Assembly (NCBI GenBank): GCA_963693365.1
Contig: CAVNZM010000011.1
Location: 5,909,921-5,973,920 of the forward strand
DNA from: Amoebidium appalachense
Lineage: Eukaryota > Protista > Ichthyosporea
Length of the DNA: 64,000 nucleotides
Reading direction: 5' to 3'
The position numbers and the translations under genes are program-made. A model generated the notes under the pieces. It did not search any database and was not told the origin of the DNA. It saw only the letters and a program-made list of their open reading frames with translations. Each line of letters starts with the position of its first letter. Position 1 is the stretch's first letter. Positions 1-45,667 of the stretch are shown here, one piece after another.

Positions 1-148
1 CCCCCCCTCTCTCTGTGTGTGTGTGCGCGCACGTGTTGACGTGTTTGCACCCCATGATGGGGGCGGTGTACAAGGCAGTGCTGATGCCGACCTCCTTGGA
101 TACAAAATACAATGGGTCCATCTGCAACGCGCACGCACGCACGCGCGT

Positions 149-242
<94 letters not shown>

Positions 243-682
243 CCTCTTCCCGAGGGAGGAGAAACATTCTCCTCTCCCATCGCCCCTCACGCCTCCTCCC
301 CCACCGGTTCCTTTACAATACAACTACATGATGCTAGAAGGACAGGGAACAATCCGCCTGAACAAGGATTCCCGATCTGACCTTTTTTTTGCTTTTGTTT
401 TTGTTTTCTGTTTTTGTTTCTACCTTGGCCATTATACGTGCGCTTCATTGCACTTCCTGTGGTAATTGTGCTTCTTCTGATGTATGTGCGCTCCGGCGTA
501 CTCGTGCACACGAGCATGCAATGATCACCTTGGGAAGGCATGCCCGTACATAAACATAACGTTCTGCCTGACTCTGGTGCTCCTAAAATACACAAACACC
601 AATGAATTGAAACGAAAATATGTCTTAGGCAATACTAATCTGAAAAAGGGAGGCGTGAAAATTGATAAAAATGTTTGAACAG

Positions 683-13828
<13,146 letters not shown>

Positions 13829-14763
13829 AATGAAGTAATAAATGTACTGATGTTGTACCCAATCAAGAAATTAAGATTGCCATTAGGACTCAATTATTAC
13901 CTGTGAACCAGAAGATGACAAGTACTATATCCAATTTGTAAATAACTGGGTCATTGGTGAGGGACATGGTATATATATAACATGTTATATCTTTATTGAA
14001 GCACTTTGAGGTACTTTGATCAGACACTATGAACAGATTGTGAATCATATACTCAGTTTCTAGCCAACATGCATCGCCTCGTGGCAGGGGCAACTTCCAA
14101 AACACAGTAAAAATCTGATTGACGGTCTGTAACGGTCAATTGCAACGGGGGGGGGGGGGGGGGGGGGGGAGGGAAAAACCAGATTGAAGGTCTGTGACGG
14201 TCAATTTGCAACGCGGGGGGGGGGGGGGGGGGGGGGGAGGTAAAACTTGGGTACACAGCTGCAGTTGTTCTTACAGAGCATGGATGGCAACGCAGAGGAA
14301 TTGTTGCAACACCGCGGCAATGCTTTTGTTTATGTGATTTATGTCATGGTGTTGCCAGGTATACGTATACCGCCCGACTCAGTGTGTATGCATTCACATG
14401 CTGCAGTGCATGCACAAGTCACAAGTGAATTTTTTTTTGGAAATTGCTTATAGGCCTATCCGATTTTCCTTGTCCATGGTGGACATGCATTGCATGTGAA
14501 TCAAAATTGTGCCTCCGCATGTTCAACCGTGGATTACGCATACAATGTTAAGGTGGCAGACGTTCTCTCATATCCAAGTATATGTACGAATCAACATTTG
14601 CTAATTTGACTCGATCGATGATCTTTCAAATTGAATGTACTGTTGATCACGTGGTGATTCGGTGGCATTGAACTTGTGACACCCTGCTTTTAGCTGTGTA
14701 TGTGCAATCGATGAGTGACCACCACAACATCATATGAAGGTGTGTGTGTGCAGTGCGCGTGCA

Positions 14764-14854
<91 letters not shown>

Positions 14855-14971
14855 CCGGTGTGCACACGTCGGAGGTGTGTCAGCGGGGTGGGAGGTGGAT
14901 GAGTGGATGGGTGGGGGTGGGTGGGTGGTGGTGGTGGTGATGGTAGTGGTGGTGGTGGCCCGGGGGAGGAT

Positions 14972-15023
<52 letters not shown>

Positions 15024-16241
15024 TTTCATCGAACCAAAATTTTAAAGTAAATTTTTAACGCAATGCAATGGCCACAATGCAAGATTCACGGCAGCCGTGT
15101 GCATGGAGCTGGCCACCAGTGCACAAAACAAAAAGATATCTTTAGAAAAGCAGTGTATGCAGGCGGTGCTTCCACATTGTTTGAGCAAGGTACCTCCATA
15201 AGTGTATGCAGATATTTCTACTTTTTTGTTGGTTCATGTACTTACATAGTGTGCACACTTTGTCAAAGTGTTTCCACATATAGAGGATGCACATGCGTGT
15301 TTCTTTTCAGTGCCACGGTATATCCCATGGAGAGTGTTGTGTGCACTCAATCAGTACTACTTCCATTGCAGCGCATGCACACAGTAGTTTGGGGATTAGT
15401 TGCAGGATGTGCATGCGGTGCTTCCACCATGCGGTGCTTCCACCCAAGACACTCAAGAGTTAGACTTCAATTGCAGCGTGTGCCCATGCCAAAGCACGCG
15501 ATTGTGTTCCCGGGAGCCTTAGATTCTCATGATAATTTTGTTTATTGCCTTAGGCTCAGACGATCTCTTCAACGTAAAGAAAGTATTGCGGCAAGCGTCA
15601 CAAGCAACAGATTCGTACACGCCATCAGTCAGCTCCAAAACAGCCAAGCTATGTGTGTCACACAAATGCATATTACTCCTTCACTTACAGGTCGGTCATA
15701 ATACCCCTCATATGAGTAAAAGTGTAAGGTTAGTCATCTTACACTGGGCAATAATCGTACAAAGAAACCAAAAGAACACTTGAGAACCTTGTCTCACTAA
15801 GTTTGTTGGATATTTGTGCTTGTGTATGCTCTGCGCTCGGTTGTGAAAATAAAATATGTAGTCGCCTGCCATACTGGGGACATCAACAGTTGCACAATAA
15901 GGTTGATACATAAGATAGTACATCATAGCACACTATAGGAAAAGGGGAATTACCTATATGTATCAATACACTACAGGGAGAGTAGGCAAAGGCAACAGGC
16001 AAAAAGGTAGCAGGGTCTATGGCTAAGCCGAGCACTAAATAATGATCTAAAAAAATCTCAAGGATCTTGAGATGATGGCCGTCATTCACAATAAAGAACG
16101 TCTTATGACTGCCAGGCACAACCCGTTTCTGCCATTTCTCTTAGTTGTCAAGCCCAAAAACAAGGGTGGGTGGGGGGCAAAGAGGGGGGAGAAAAAAAGA
16201 AGAAAAAAAAACAGGGGAACAATGCACAACGTTACCCCCTC

Positions 16242-16330
<89 letters not shown>

Positions 16331-16456
16331 CGATACCACACCAGTTACAAAGTCCACCAACAACGTAAACCAATGACGTGCATTTGCACCAAACACATCC
16401 CAAGACCCCAGATCTAACATTGTGTGTGAGAAACTTAACCAAATGTCCTGAATGGT

Positions 16457-35338
<18,882 letters not shown>

Positions 35339-36608
35339 TTTTCTCAAAACTTACCTGTGAAAGCAAACCAAAAAGACGTAAGAGGGCGGAAAGGGGAGGG
35401 GGAGGGGGGCGGGGGGGAGAGGAAGAACGGAGGGAGGAGACAAGGGGGAGGGCAGTGGGAAGGAGTTTTGATAGGTACGGGGGCAAAGGGGGGGGTGGAG
35501 GTGGGGGTTAGTGGGTATGGGGAATGTGAAACGGAGTTATGCCGAGGGATGAGGGGCAAAAAAAAAAAAAAGAGTCGAATGACTGAGAGGTTCGCAATCT
35601 GGGGCGAGTAGAAATATATGGGATGTGTGTGGAGGGGGGGAGTGAAGGTGGGTACGACCAGGTACGAGAAGACTTCGTAACAAAATAAAGCAAATAGGCC
35701 GGCGGTTGACAAAAAACACCTCGCGATTGCAGGAATGAGATTCTGTTGACGAAATAAGCGATTGCAACGAGCCGCATGTTTTACAGAAAACCAACCATGC
35801 CTCACCTCTATTTTTTAATCTCTCAAGCTGCCAAATAGTGCAGGAATACTGCCCGCACGCAGAAAACGAATGCGAATCCAAAACGAAAGAAAAAAAGAGG
35901 TAATTGGGTGTGGGGGATGCTCCGACACCTACCACTGTGACGAGCGTCGTGCGGTCACTTAAAGGGCCTTGGAGGCAAAAGTATCTAATAGCAATAAAGC
36001 GCCTTTCTTCTTACAAAGTGAAAATAAGGGTTTAGATCCCAGCCTTTGCACAAAGCGCCAACAAAAAAAAAAAGGAAAGAGAGTTCTTTGTAGTCTGCCG
36101 TCCCCAGGAAGCTAAAGAGAGTTGCGCAGGTGCTGCCTAGCAACGCAACGGAAGTACGGACGAGAAACGAGAATATGATGATACCACACAAGTTATTTTT
36201 GTGGGGGGGGGAAAGAGAAAAAGACCTGTCACGTTCTAATCTTGCTCTTTACATAGTTTCTATCAAGCCGGCGAGTTGCTAACAACAGAAAACAGTTCCG
36301 GCCGGCGAAAAAATGAAGAAAGGAAAAGGCAAGCCGTCCAGCGATACAAGGGTGGAGGAGTGCAAAGTACAAAAGCTGATAACTCTTGTGTGTGTTTTAC
36401 AGAAAGTTTTTTGCTACTTGATATGGCTCACGAGGATTTTAATTACTTAACATGATAGTATACAGAGTAATAAAATTTCTGTTATTTCCGTGAAAATACA
36501 ATAACGTTCTTGTAAGTTTGCTCAGTAACTGTGACCTCACACAGGTATACCTCGACCCCCTTCTAACTTTTGAAGCTCCTGATAGGCTAGTCCTTGCCAT
36601 ACATACTG

Positions 36609-36680
36609 TGACGTCACACGCGTTTGATCTGATTGGCTTAACAACATAGCGCTTATGATGATTGGTCACTTTTTCCCGCG
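36609..36680. promoter_or_regulatory. Candidate RB upstream promoter module: CRE, two CCAAT boxes and an E2F site
   Basis: TGACGTCA at 36609-36616, ATTGG at 36632 and 36661, TTTCCCGC at 36672-36679. They lie in a microsatellite-free island ~1.3 kb upstream of the RB ATG. Confidence 0.5.
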
Positions 36681-37160
36681 TTTTTTTTACCTTGCCGGCA
36701 AAAGCGCGCGCCGGCGCCCGGCGCGATCAAGCCTCGCCCCTCGGGCAAGGCTTCTGACTCACTGAGGTTCCGGATGTTACTCCTATCGGCATATGCATAT
36801 GGACTATATTAGAAAACTCGATTCTCTTTACATCTATAATATGTTCATATGTTCACTAGCACTTTTCAACTACCGTTGGCCAAGCTTGTTTAGGGCTTCA
36901 GGTAGAGCCTTCGACAGACCGAATTCAATGATCATGTTCATGCTTCGGTACTCGAGTCTCACCAGTCCATCGCGTTGGCCATTCCGAACAGGCATCCAAC
37001 AGAGGACTTGGAGGTTCGCGCCACACCCACACGAACAAGCACCTAAGCATACATACACACTCAGATGCACGCACACAAACATTAACGCACAGACACGCCT
37101 GCATAATGTTGCTTACACGCTCGTGTGAGCACACGCCCACTTGAGTTACACAGGGCACCA

Positions 37161-37195
<35 letters not shown>

Positions 37196-37658
37196 GGGGG
37201 GGGGGGGAGGGATTCGCGGCGTAGTACGCACTGGGTTAATCGAGGGTATGTTTTATGACTTTGCGCATGTGGTATACTAGGAGCGAATTTCCGCCGATAA
37301 CCCACTTAGTCAGAACAACGTGAAAACCGTTTTGGCTACTTCACTCCGAACCTAATAATTAAATGACATCTCATAGCTCAATAAAAGCGCACTAGTACCA
37401 GGTTGTACACGCATATATGACATATCTGCACACACACGATTGTGGACGGAAGGTAAGAGAAAGTTACGAAACAAGGAACTAGAGAATCTGATATGTGAAG
37501 GGTGTGGGGAAAGGGCATGAAACTGGTTTCACATGGATTATTGCTGGTGTGCCGGACAGTGTACGTGTGTGCGTGTTTCACGGTGTGTGTGTGTGTGTGT
37601 GTGTGTGTCAGGGGGTGTGTGTGTGTGCGTGTGTGTGTGTGTGTGTGTGCCTTTCTCT

Positions 37659-37700
<42 letters not shown>

Positions 37701-38060
37701 GTGTGTGTGTTTTGGGGCGTTGGGTGGGTGGGTGGGCGGGAGTAAAATGGCTCTTGCTTTAGAGACTGACTAACTCTTGCTCTTTCCCGCCTTATTTTCT
37801 CTCTCTCTCTCTCTCTCTCTCCCCCCCCCCCCCCCCCCCCCCTTCCTCTCTTCCCTCTCCCTCTTCCTCGCTCTCCCTTTCCCACCCCCGCCCTCTCTCC
37901 CTCCCCCTCTGAGGTCCTCCTCCCTCTCACCCTCCCCCTCTCCCTCCTCTCTCTCCCCCTCCGCCTCCCTCCCCATCCCCCTCTTCAACTTCCTCCTTCT
38001 CCCTCTCCCTTTCTTACTCCCTTTGAAGCTAACCCCCTCACTCTCTCCATATTTCTCTCT

Positions 38061-38126
<66 letters not shown>

Positions 38127-38416
38127 GATCTCTCTAGATCTTTCGCGTTCTCGGTGAGGAGCCAGGCTCTATCTCTTTTCCCCCCCCCTCCCCTCCCCTC
38201 CATCCCCTGCCCTTTCCCCTTCTCCCCTTTCTCTCTCTCTGTCTGTCTGCCTCTCTCTCTATCAGATCCTCCTCTCCTCTATCTGTTTGTGTTGCGTATG
38301 CGTGCGCACATATTTGTTTGTACACCTATTAGTGCTTTCTTGCAATTGCCTTCGCGCTTGCAAGGGAATCACCAGTTTTTTTTTTAGTTTTTTTTTTGTG
38401 TGTGTGTGTGTGTGTG

Positions 38417-38462
<46 letters not shown>

Positions 38463-38938
38463 ATAGAGCACAGGCTGGGCTGGTGGGGGAGCCTCTGAGG
38501 GTTAGCAAAAAGGGGAGGTGCTGGGTACTGAGTCAGAAATCAGATGCGGTCACAAACAGTGATGGCCGGGCACATGCAACGGTGCATTTTGACAGCGTGT
38601 GTACCAGAGTAACCAGACCGCATTTCACAGTACACGACTACAAGTCATTCAACTGCCTGAAGCTCCAAGCGAAATCTGCCCACGAAGGAAGATCATGCGG
38701 TGTAGCTGTCTGCTGTGGCTAGCACTTGCCAACTGGCTATGACCCTTTTTGATCTTATCCTCTTCTACCCCCCTCTAGCTAGTGAGCCTTAGGTTTTTTT
38801 TTTTTTTGCAAACCTCCCTAGCTTTAGTGGGGTTCTACTTGCAAGCTCCTTGCACAGCTAGGGCCATTCGCATAAAAAGAAAGCGCCAAACCTCCAAGAG
38901 GTGTAATTTTATCAAAAGGATGAATATAATTATTCTAA

Positions 38939-39202
38939 CCAATCAGCGCTTATCGCGTAGTCATGGACTATGATTGGTGTATTTTGCCTAGTAACGAAAC
39001 GGTGTTTGATGGGTTGATATACACGGGAAAAAACAAGTTGTCAATGAAAAATTTATTATATTTTTTTTATTAGTGATAGAAAATTAAGTTGTGGATGCTG
39101 CTAATGGACATTAATGCAATCTGTGTCCATCCAAGAAATTTACCGCGCTTCTGGTAAGCCGCCGCGGTATTTCGAATGGAATGCACTACGATGCTATATA
39201 AA
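38939..39202 (+). promoter_or_regulatory. Candidate promoter of the CHTOP-like gene
   Basis: CCAAT at 38939, ATTGG at 38973, and TATATAAA at 39195-39202, ~180 bp upstream of the ATG. Confidence 0.45.
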
Positions 39203-39378
39203 CTCCGAGAGCACCTAATCGTTGGTCATCCAGTCATCCCATTTTGACAGCCAGGTGGAGAGAAAACAGGAGCAAGAGTGAGAAAATTTTCTGTAACCCT
39301 TTCTTTACTTTGTGAAAGCCCAGAAGAGCCGGGGCTGCTATTATTTATTATCCCGTTGCAGGCCTTTAGAAGTCAATC

Positions 39379-40902
39379 ATGTACGCCGATGCAGTTATCC
39401 CGATGAAGGGCAACGCCCGTGCTTCGCTTACTGACAGGTAGGCGCATGCACCCTCAGGAGGATCTAACTAGACAAGAAACCTAACTCCCCTCTTGGAAGG
39501 TGCCTTTTTGTGCTGGCTACCTGTCGTACCTACTACTAGGATGGCGTGTTGCTGCATAGTGTTCCTCATAGTTCAGCGTCGTCCCTCTGCTATGGAATTA
39601 CACGGGTTCTTTCCTCTCTCTCTATCTAGTATTGACCAAACCCACACACGTGCACTGCAGATTCTCTGAGATCCAGCGTCAGCGAGAACATGTGATTGAA
39701 CCCCAGCAGACCCAGGCCCAGCGCACATACGTCAACAACAACAACAACCAGCCTAAGCAGGTGCCTTCAGCCGTTAACGCCCAAGCACGCGCCCTTCTCC
39801 AGGCTGCTCGCCAGGCTGCACGGAACACGCAGGTTGCAGCCCGTCGCAATATCAATGTCCCAAAAACGGCAAACGCCCAGGTGGGTGGGGCTAAGCGCAA
39901 CATGCCCCCCGGCCAGCGTCAAGCAAACGGGAACGGAAAGCAGGGAACCGGTGCTGTTCCAGTCGTTGGAAAGTCGCAGAAACGCCAGCAGATTGGTGGG
40001 AAACTTGCTAAGCGCCCGGGGGCTGCTACCAAGAAGGCACAGCCGGAGAGACGGCCTTTGGTGGAGCGCCTTGGCCCCAAGAAGGGCGAGAAGCAGCTTC
40101 CTCCCAGCGTCAAGAACATGAAGACGCCACTTAGCCAGAATCTCCTTAAGCGCATTCGTCTTGCTCAGCTCAGCACGCAGCTCGGTGGCAAGAAGGTCGT
40201 GCAAACGGCTGCCCCCGCTACGGGTAACAAACAGCTCGTTCGTAAGGCAAACCCCCTGAAGAAGAAGGGTGATGTTAAGACGAAGACAAAGGGAGTGAAG
40301 GACAACAAGGCGGCCGCTCCGAAGCAGGGATCCCCCACGGCACAGACCGGGCAGCAGAAAGGAAAGAAGCGGCGCAATAAGATTCGCACTGCAGGGTAAG
40401 TCTACGTTCTCCTTCCCCCGTTGTTTTCTCTTCCTATTGTCACCTTAAACTACAGGAAGGGCTCTCTGCACACACACACACCGATTCCTACGTTTCAGCC
40501 TTCCTTACACACACGCAAGCATACAGGCAGGCACACGTTTTCCCTTCCCCCCTCTTGTCCCCTACCCCCGCACCTCTCTCTCTATTCACCTGCGGTCCTG
40601 GTCCCCTCTCTCTCTCCCCTCCCCCCGGCCCCACACACACACATATTTCACACACCTCCTCTCTTTCTCTCTCTCTCTCTCTCTCTATCTCCCTCTCTGT
40701 TTCTCTCTCTCCTCTCTCTCTCCCCCCCCCCCCCCCTCTCCCCTCCCCCCCCCCCTCCCCACCCTTAGCCGCTCGACACACCTCCCTCTCTTTTCACCTT
40801 TGGTCTTGCGCCCCCCCCCCCCCCCCCCCTCCCCCCCCCCCAACTCACCTCCTCCGCGCCACACGCCTCTCTCCCCCTCTCCCTCTCCCTCCCCCCTCTC
40901 CC

Positions 40903-40944
<42 letters not shown>

Positions 40945-41185
40945 AAAAAAGAAAGAAGAAAAAAAAACCTCGAGCGCACGGATTTAACCCATTCCAAGCA
41001 ACACTTCTGAATTTAAGAGGCTAATATATGACCCCTTCTCCAGGGCTCAAGCCGGTACCCAGAAACCCGCCGCACCCAAGCAGACAAAGCCAAAGACACC
41101 AAAGAAGGAGACGGACCCCGAGAAGATGAAGGCACAACTCGACATGGATATGGACACATACATGGCTCCCGTTGGCGGCGCGTAA
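39379..41185 (+). CDS. CHTOP/FOP-like nuclear mRNA-export (TREX) factor, 3 exons
   Basis: Exons 39379-39437, 39661-40395 and 41044-41185 splice in phase. N-terminal ..ASLTDRFSE resembles the CHTOP SLNERF motif. C-terminal LDMDMDTYM matches the LDxxLDxYM UAP56-binding (FoP_duplication) motif. The middle is basic and K/Q-rich. Confidence 0.75.
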
Positions 41186-41910
41186 ACGGGTCGGGTCGGG
41201 TCGAATTGGGCTGTGCATGTTACGGTTCGGAAGTTTGGGTCAATTTTGGCTGGTATGAATGTCGTGGCGTTTTGAGAGCGCACGGGCGGCGGCGCGTGAT
41301 TTTGGTTTGTTTTTTGGATTTTTCCGTTTCATGGAACAAGAATGAAAGAGTATAAGATGAATGAAATCCTGAAGCTGAGTGCAGGTGATTCGGTGTAAAC
41401 AAATCAGTGTGTAGCCAGCTTTACCATCATCGCTTTTCGAGTTTTGGGGGGAGGGGAGTTAGCATTTCAAAATATCTCCTACATACGGGTAATCCGTTGA
41501 GAATTTAAAAAATTATGGCAAGTGAACGCGGTTGGGAATGACTACCACTACTAGTTTTGAATTCGAGTAACTGATATGAAAATAAACCGCAAGTACCTGA
41601 AACCGTGTTCTTGATCTGCCCCTTGTCCCATATTTTGTGGCCCGACGAATCCATTCCTCACGGATCATTCCATCGTCCGTGTGTCCGACTAATGGTAAGG
41701 TTAACAGCTTTTTTTGAACAGTGGTGATTCAGAAACACACACCCATGCATACCTAAACACAGGCACAGACGCGGTGTACACACACACATGTGCACGAGCA
41801 CATACACACAGGGAGGCACATGCAAGCACACGGTCTTACGGCTATGTTTTATGTTGTGCCCAAAAAATGCATCCAGGTGCAGTGCTGATGCCTGTTGGGA
41901 ACTCACAGAC

Positions 41911-41943
<33 letters not shown>

Positions 41944-42508
41944 CCTCGCTCACGCTTGGCCCTATACACGTGCATACACGTGCAATCTGACACGACACAC
42001 ATACGAAAAAGCCAATCATATATGACCCTTTCACCTTGACACCACCACCGTTGTCACTGCCACCAAGAACACGCACACCACTGCCACACACACATACCCA
42101 TGTGCGCTTACACATCTGCGAACGAACACACAGATATTCACACCCGTACACAACAGAGAGAGAGGGGGTGGGGGTGTACATGTATGCGCGCGCACACACA
42201 TGCACACGTGCACACACACACAGGAGAGGGAGGGAGACAGGCAGGTGTACATACACGTGCGCGCGCACACACACATACATACAGAAGGGAGGGAGAGAGA
42301 CAGGTGGGCGTTGTTTTGGACACTTTTTCGTCCCCTCCTCCTCCTCCTCCCCCTCCTACCTCCCCCCCCCCCCCCCCCCCCCCCCGCCCTGGTCCCCTCC
42401 CCCCCCCCCCCCCCCCCCTCCCCCCACTCCACCCCCCCACCCCTACCTCCTGCCCAATCTACACACCCTACATGTGCACACACACACACACACACACACT
42501 CACTCACT

Positions 42509-42550
<42 letters not shown>

Positions 42551-43245
42551 CACGTATGTACACGTACACGTACCTACATTCACCGCGACCACGACAAACA
42601 TGCATGAACATATTTGCGCGCGTGCACACCCACGTGCACGCACACACACACACAACACAGGAAAATATGCACACACCTTCACCACGGCAACGACAGACAC
42701 ACACAAACACCTGTCTGAACAGACACCCATTGGTTTTGGCATACTTGCATGCTGATGCTAAGATTGTTCACCATGCAAAGAAATCTATAAGGCACGCGCA
42801 CACAAATTCAATTCTAGCACACTGTCGGGCACCCAATATTGCAAATGACGACAAAGTGAGCTGCCCTCTGTGGAGAGCTCTCAGAGTCTGGCACAGACAC
42901 ACGCTAGGGGTCACCCGTAAATGCACTGATCTACTTGTGTAAGCTACATATATTGATGATGGTTTTTGTATATTTACCGGTTGCGGGTCGTGCATGCACA
43001 TGGATTAGCTGATAAACACTGCAACACGTGCACAAAAAAAACAGCACACGCAGGACCCGCGCTTATCCTCCTCTCTCCCTCCCTCCTTCAAAGTGCTCAA
43101 GGAGGTCTATCATATCAACCTTGTTTCTCTTTTTGTAACTTGCGGCCCGACAGCATGTATTGAAATATGGAAGGGGGAAAGAACGAGAGAGGGGGGGAGG
43201 GGGGGGGGGGGGGGGGAGGGGGGAACGGGGAATGTGTGTGTGTGT

Positions 43246-43282
<37 letters not shown>

Positions 43283-44723
43283 GACTGTGTGTGACACTGT
43301 GCCTGCGTATCATACGGTACATGTACTTGCTGTAGGTGTGCGTCCGCACTTGCATGCGCACATGCATGTATGTGTGCTTCGTCCGTATGCGGGCACAGGC
43401 ATGAGGGTATGTGTGTCCGTGTGCGGGTGCCCGTGTGCATGTGTGAGTATATGTGTCACAGTGTGTTCGTATTAGTTTGCGTTAGAGTGCATTGTTTTTT
43501 TTTGTTTTTTGTTTTTTTTTTTTTGGGGGGGGGGGGGGGCAGGGCGGGGGACGGGGAGAGGGTGGGGAGGGGAGCGGGGGAGGGGGGGGACGGGGAGGGG
43601 GGAAGATGGGGGGCCGGGGGGGGGGGGGGGGGGGGGGGGAGGGGGGGGGGGGGCCACCCGGCTCTTGCCACAGTAACCCGGCGGAAAGCATCGCCTCAAG
43701 AGTGGATCTCGGGCTCAAAAACCAATCTTTTTCTCTCTCGCCGCTCTGTTCTCTGTCTCTTACAAACCGTTCTGTTAACCACACATGACCTGTCAATGAT
43801 TCACACATCGTCTAACAGTGTACATGTCGTCACTAAAAAGCTCATCTATATCCTAGGCTCGTCGGGGCTTTTTTTGTAATCCTTTTTAGGTGATTGGGCC
43901 AAGTCCGAATTGATAGCCAATTAGGCATCTTTCTAACTCCAGATCAAAGCCTGGCCCCTTATAATCAGACTTCTAATCCCGCTGGCCCCCCCCAGCCCCC
44001 CCTCCTCCCCCCCCTCCCCTCCCCTCCCCCCCCGCCCAGGGAGCTCTAAGTGTCCCCTTCTAGCGTTCCGTACCGGTGTAACCACCTGTATAAGTTATGT
44101 CACTGAAAACTTTTCAAGAACAGCTCCCCCCTCACCCCCTCCCCACCCCCTATGAACACACGCACACAGGGATGACCTGTTGCAGCCATTTTATCTCTAG
44201 ATCTCCACACCCATTTGAATCTGTGGTTTTCATCATGAATATCACAAGAATGATTGTTTTCCCCGTGCCCCCGGCTAGTATGTATTAGTTGCCTCCCCCC
44301 CCCCCCCCCCCAAAAAAAAAAAAAAAAAAAAAAGTGCGGCGCTTCCCCCTAGAGTGCTCCCTCTGGTTTCCCATCTCTATCTTAACGCCTCACGTATCTT
44401 CAACTTCGTGTCTGTTGCCAAGTTCCGCTCCAGAATCTTCCTTTCGTTCTGCTAGTACTTCCTTCACCTTTACCCCCCCCCCCCCCCCCCCCCCCTTCCC
44501 CTTCCCGCTTTAACCCCCCTAACAGTCCCAATACACAAGAGTATCAGTCAACCTTAATGAATTCATTGCATTTTTACATCTCAAAGCACAATTAATAATA
44601 CGTAGATGCAAAAAATGGCAGCACACAGATTCGCACACATACACAGTGCATGCGCACACATGCAGGAGGCTGCCAGGCACACACGCCACCCCGTACACAG
44701 TGTCAGATACACACACAGTCGAC

Positions 44724-44766
<43 letters not shown>

Positions 44767-44831
44767 CCCCGGCCTCCTCCCGGCCTCCCCCGGCGCGGGT
44801 CGCCGGGGCGCACACAAGCACCGTGCACAAT

Positions 44832-44866
<35 letters not shown>

Positions 44867-45667
44867 CCTCCCTCCTCCTCCCCCCCCTCGGCACGGTTTG
44901 CTAGTACTAGTAGGGAGGTGCGCACACAAGCACCGTGCACTACATAGGGACATTTGTGCATAGGGACACGGAGGCACAGTGGTGTGCATGTGAGGTCATG
45001 TGCACCGTATAGTAAAGGTCACATGACAGACAGTAGGTGCACGTGTATTTTTGCATACCATTAACTTGACCTTGGCTCTATAGCTATGGAGCCAGCTACA
45101 CCTCACCGTCAAACAGATCCGTATAAACGAAAAAAAAATCCTGCTCTTACTAATAGATGATAAAACATTAAAAGGTAAAAGGAAGTGTAGATGTGCTCGA
45201 ACTCCGACGCAGGTTTGCCATCCGGGGCAGCTATCCGGGGCAGGAAAAACATACAAACATGGCTGCTGATAAAGACCTGATCGATTGCTACACATGTACT
45301 GTATACATACATACACATACATGCCATAGTATCTGCGGTGCTATTTGACTTTATCATATCTCATTCACTTGTAGCATTGGCGGATGACCAGCGATATTAA
45401 CACGGATGCACAGCCTCATTTTGGCGTTATCACATCCATACACATCATGTGTACTTTGAATCCCCCTCCCCCCCCCTCCCCCCCCCCCCCCCCCCCAAAA
45501 AAAAAAATATATATATATATATATAGTAAGTTTCGCTAGTATACATATGCATCATATAGTCTTTGATGTGCTTTTCCCAAGTCATAGAAAATAAATTGCT
45601 GAAATTATCATCCCATGACGCAATCAGGACTTGCCTTCACAGCTCACAAAAGCCCGCTAACCACAGG

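Noticed and set aside
15560-15650. Minus-strand YESVACDACRNTFF resembling a nuclear-receptor P-box
   Set aside because: No first Cys pair or second zinc finger, and the frame closes shortly after.
36686-36830. U1 snRNA-like words (TTACCT, GATCA, GGGCAAGGCTT, TCCGGATGT, AAACTCGA)
   Set aside because: Spacing differs from U1, and there is no ATACTTACCTG start, no ATTGCAC loop II and no Sm site. The GGGCAAGGCTT is explained by a local hairpin.
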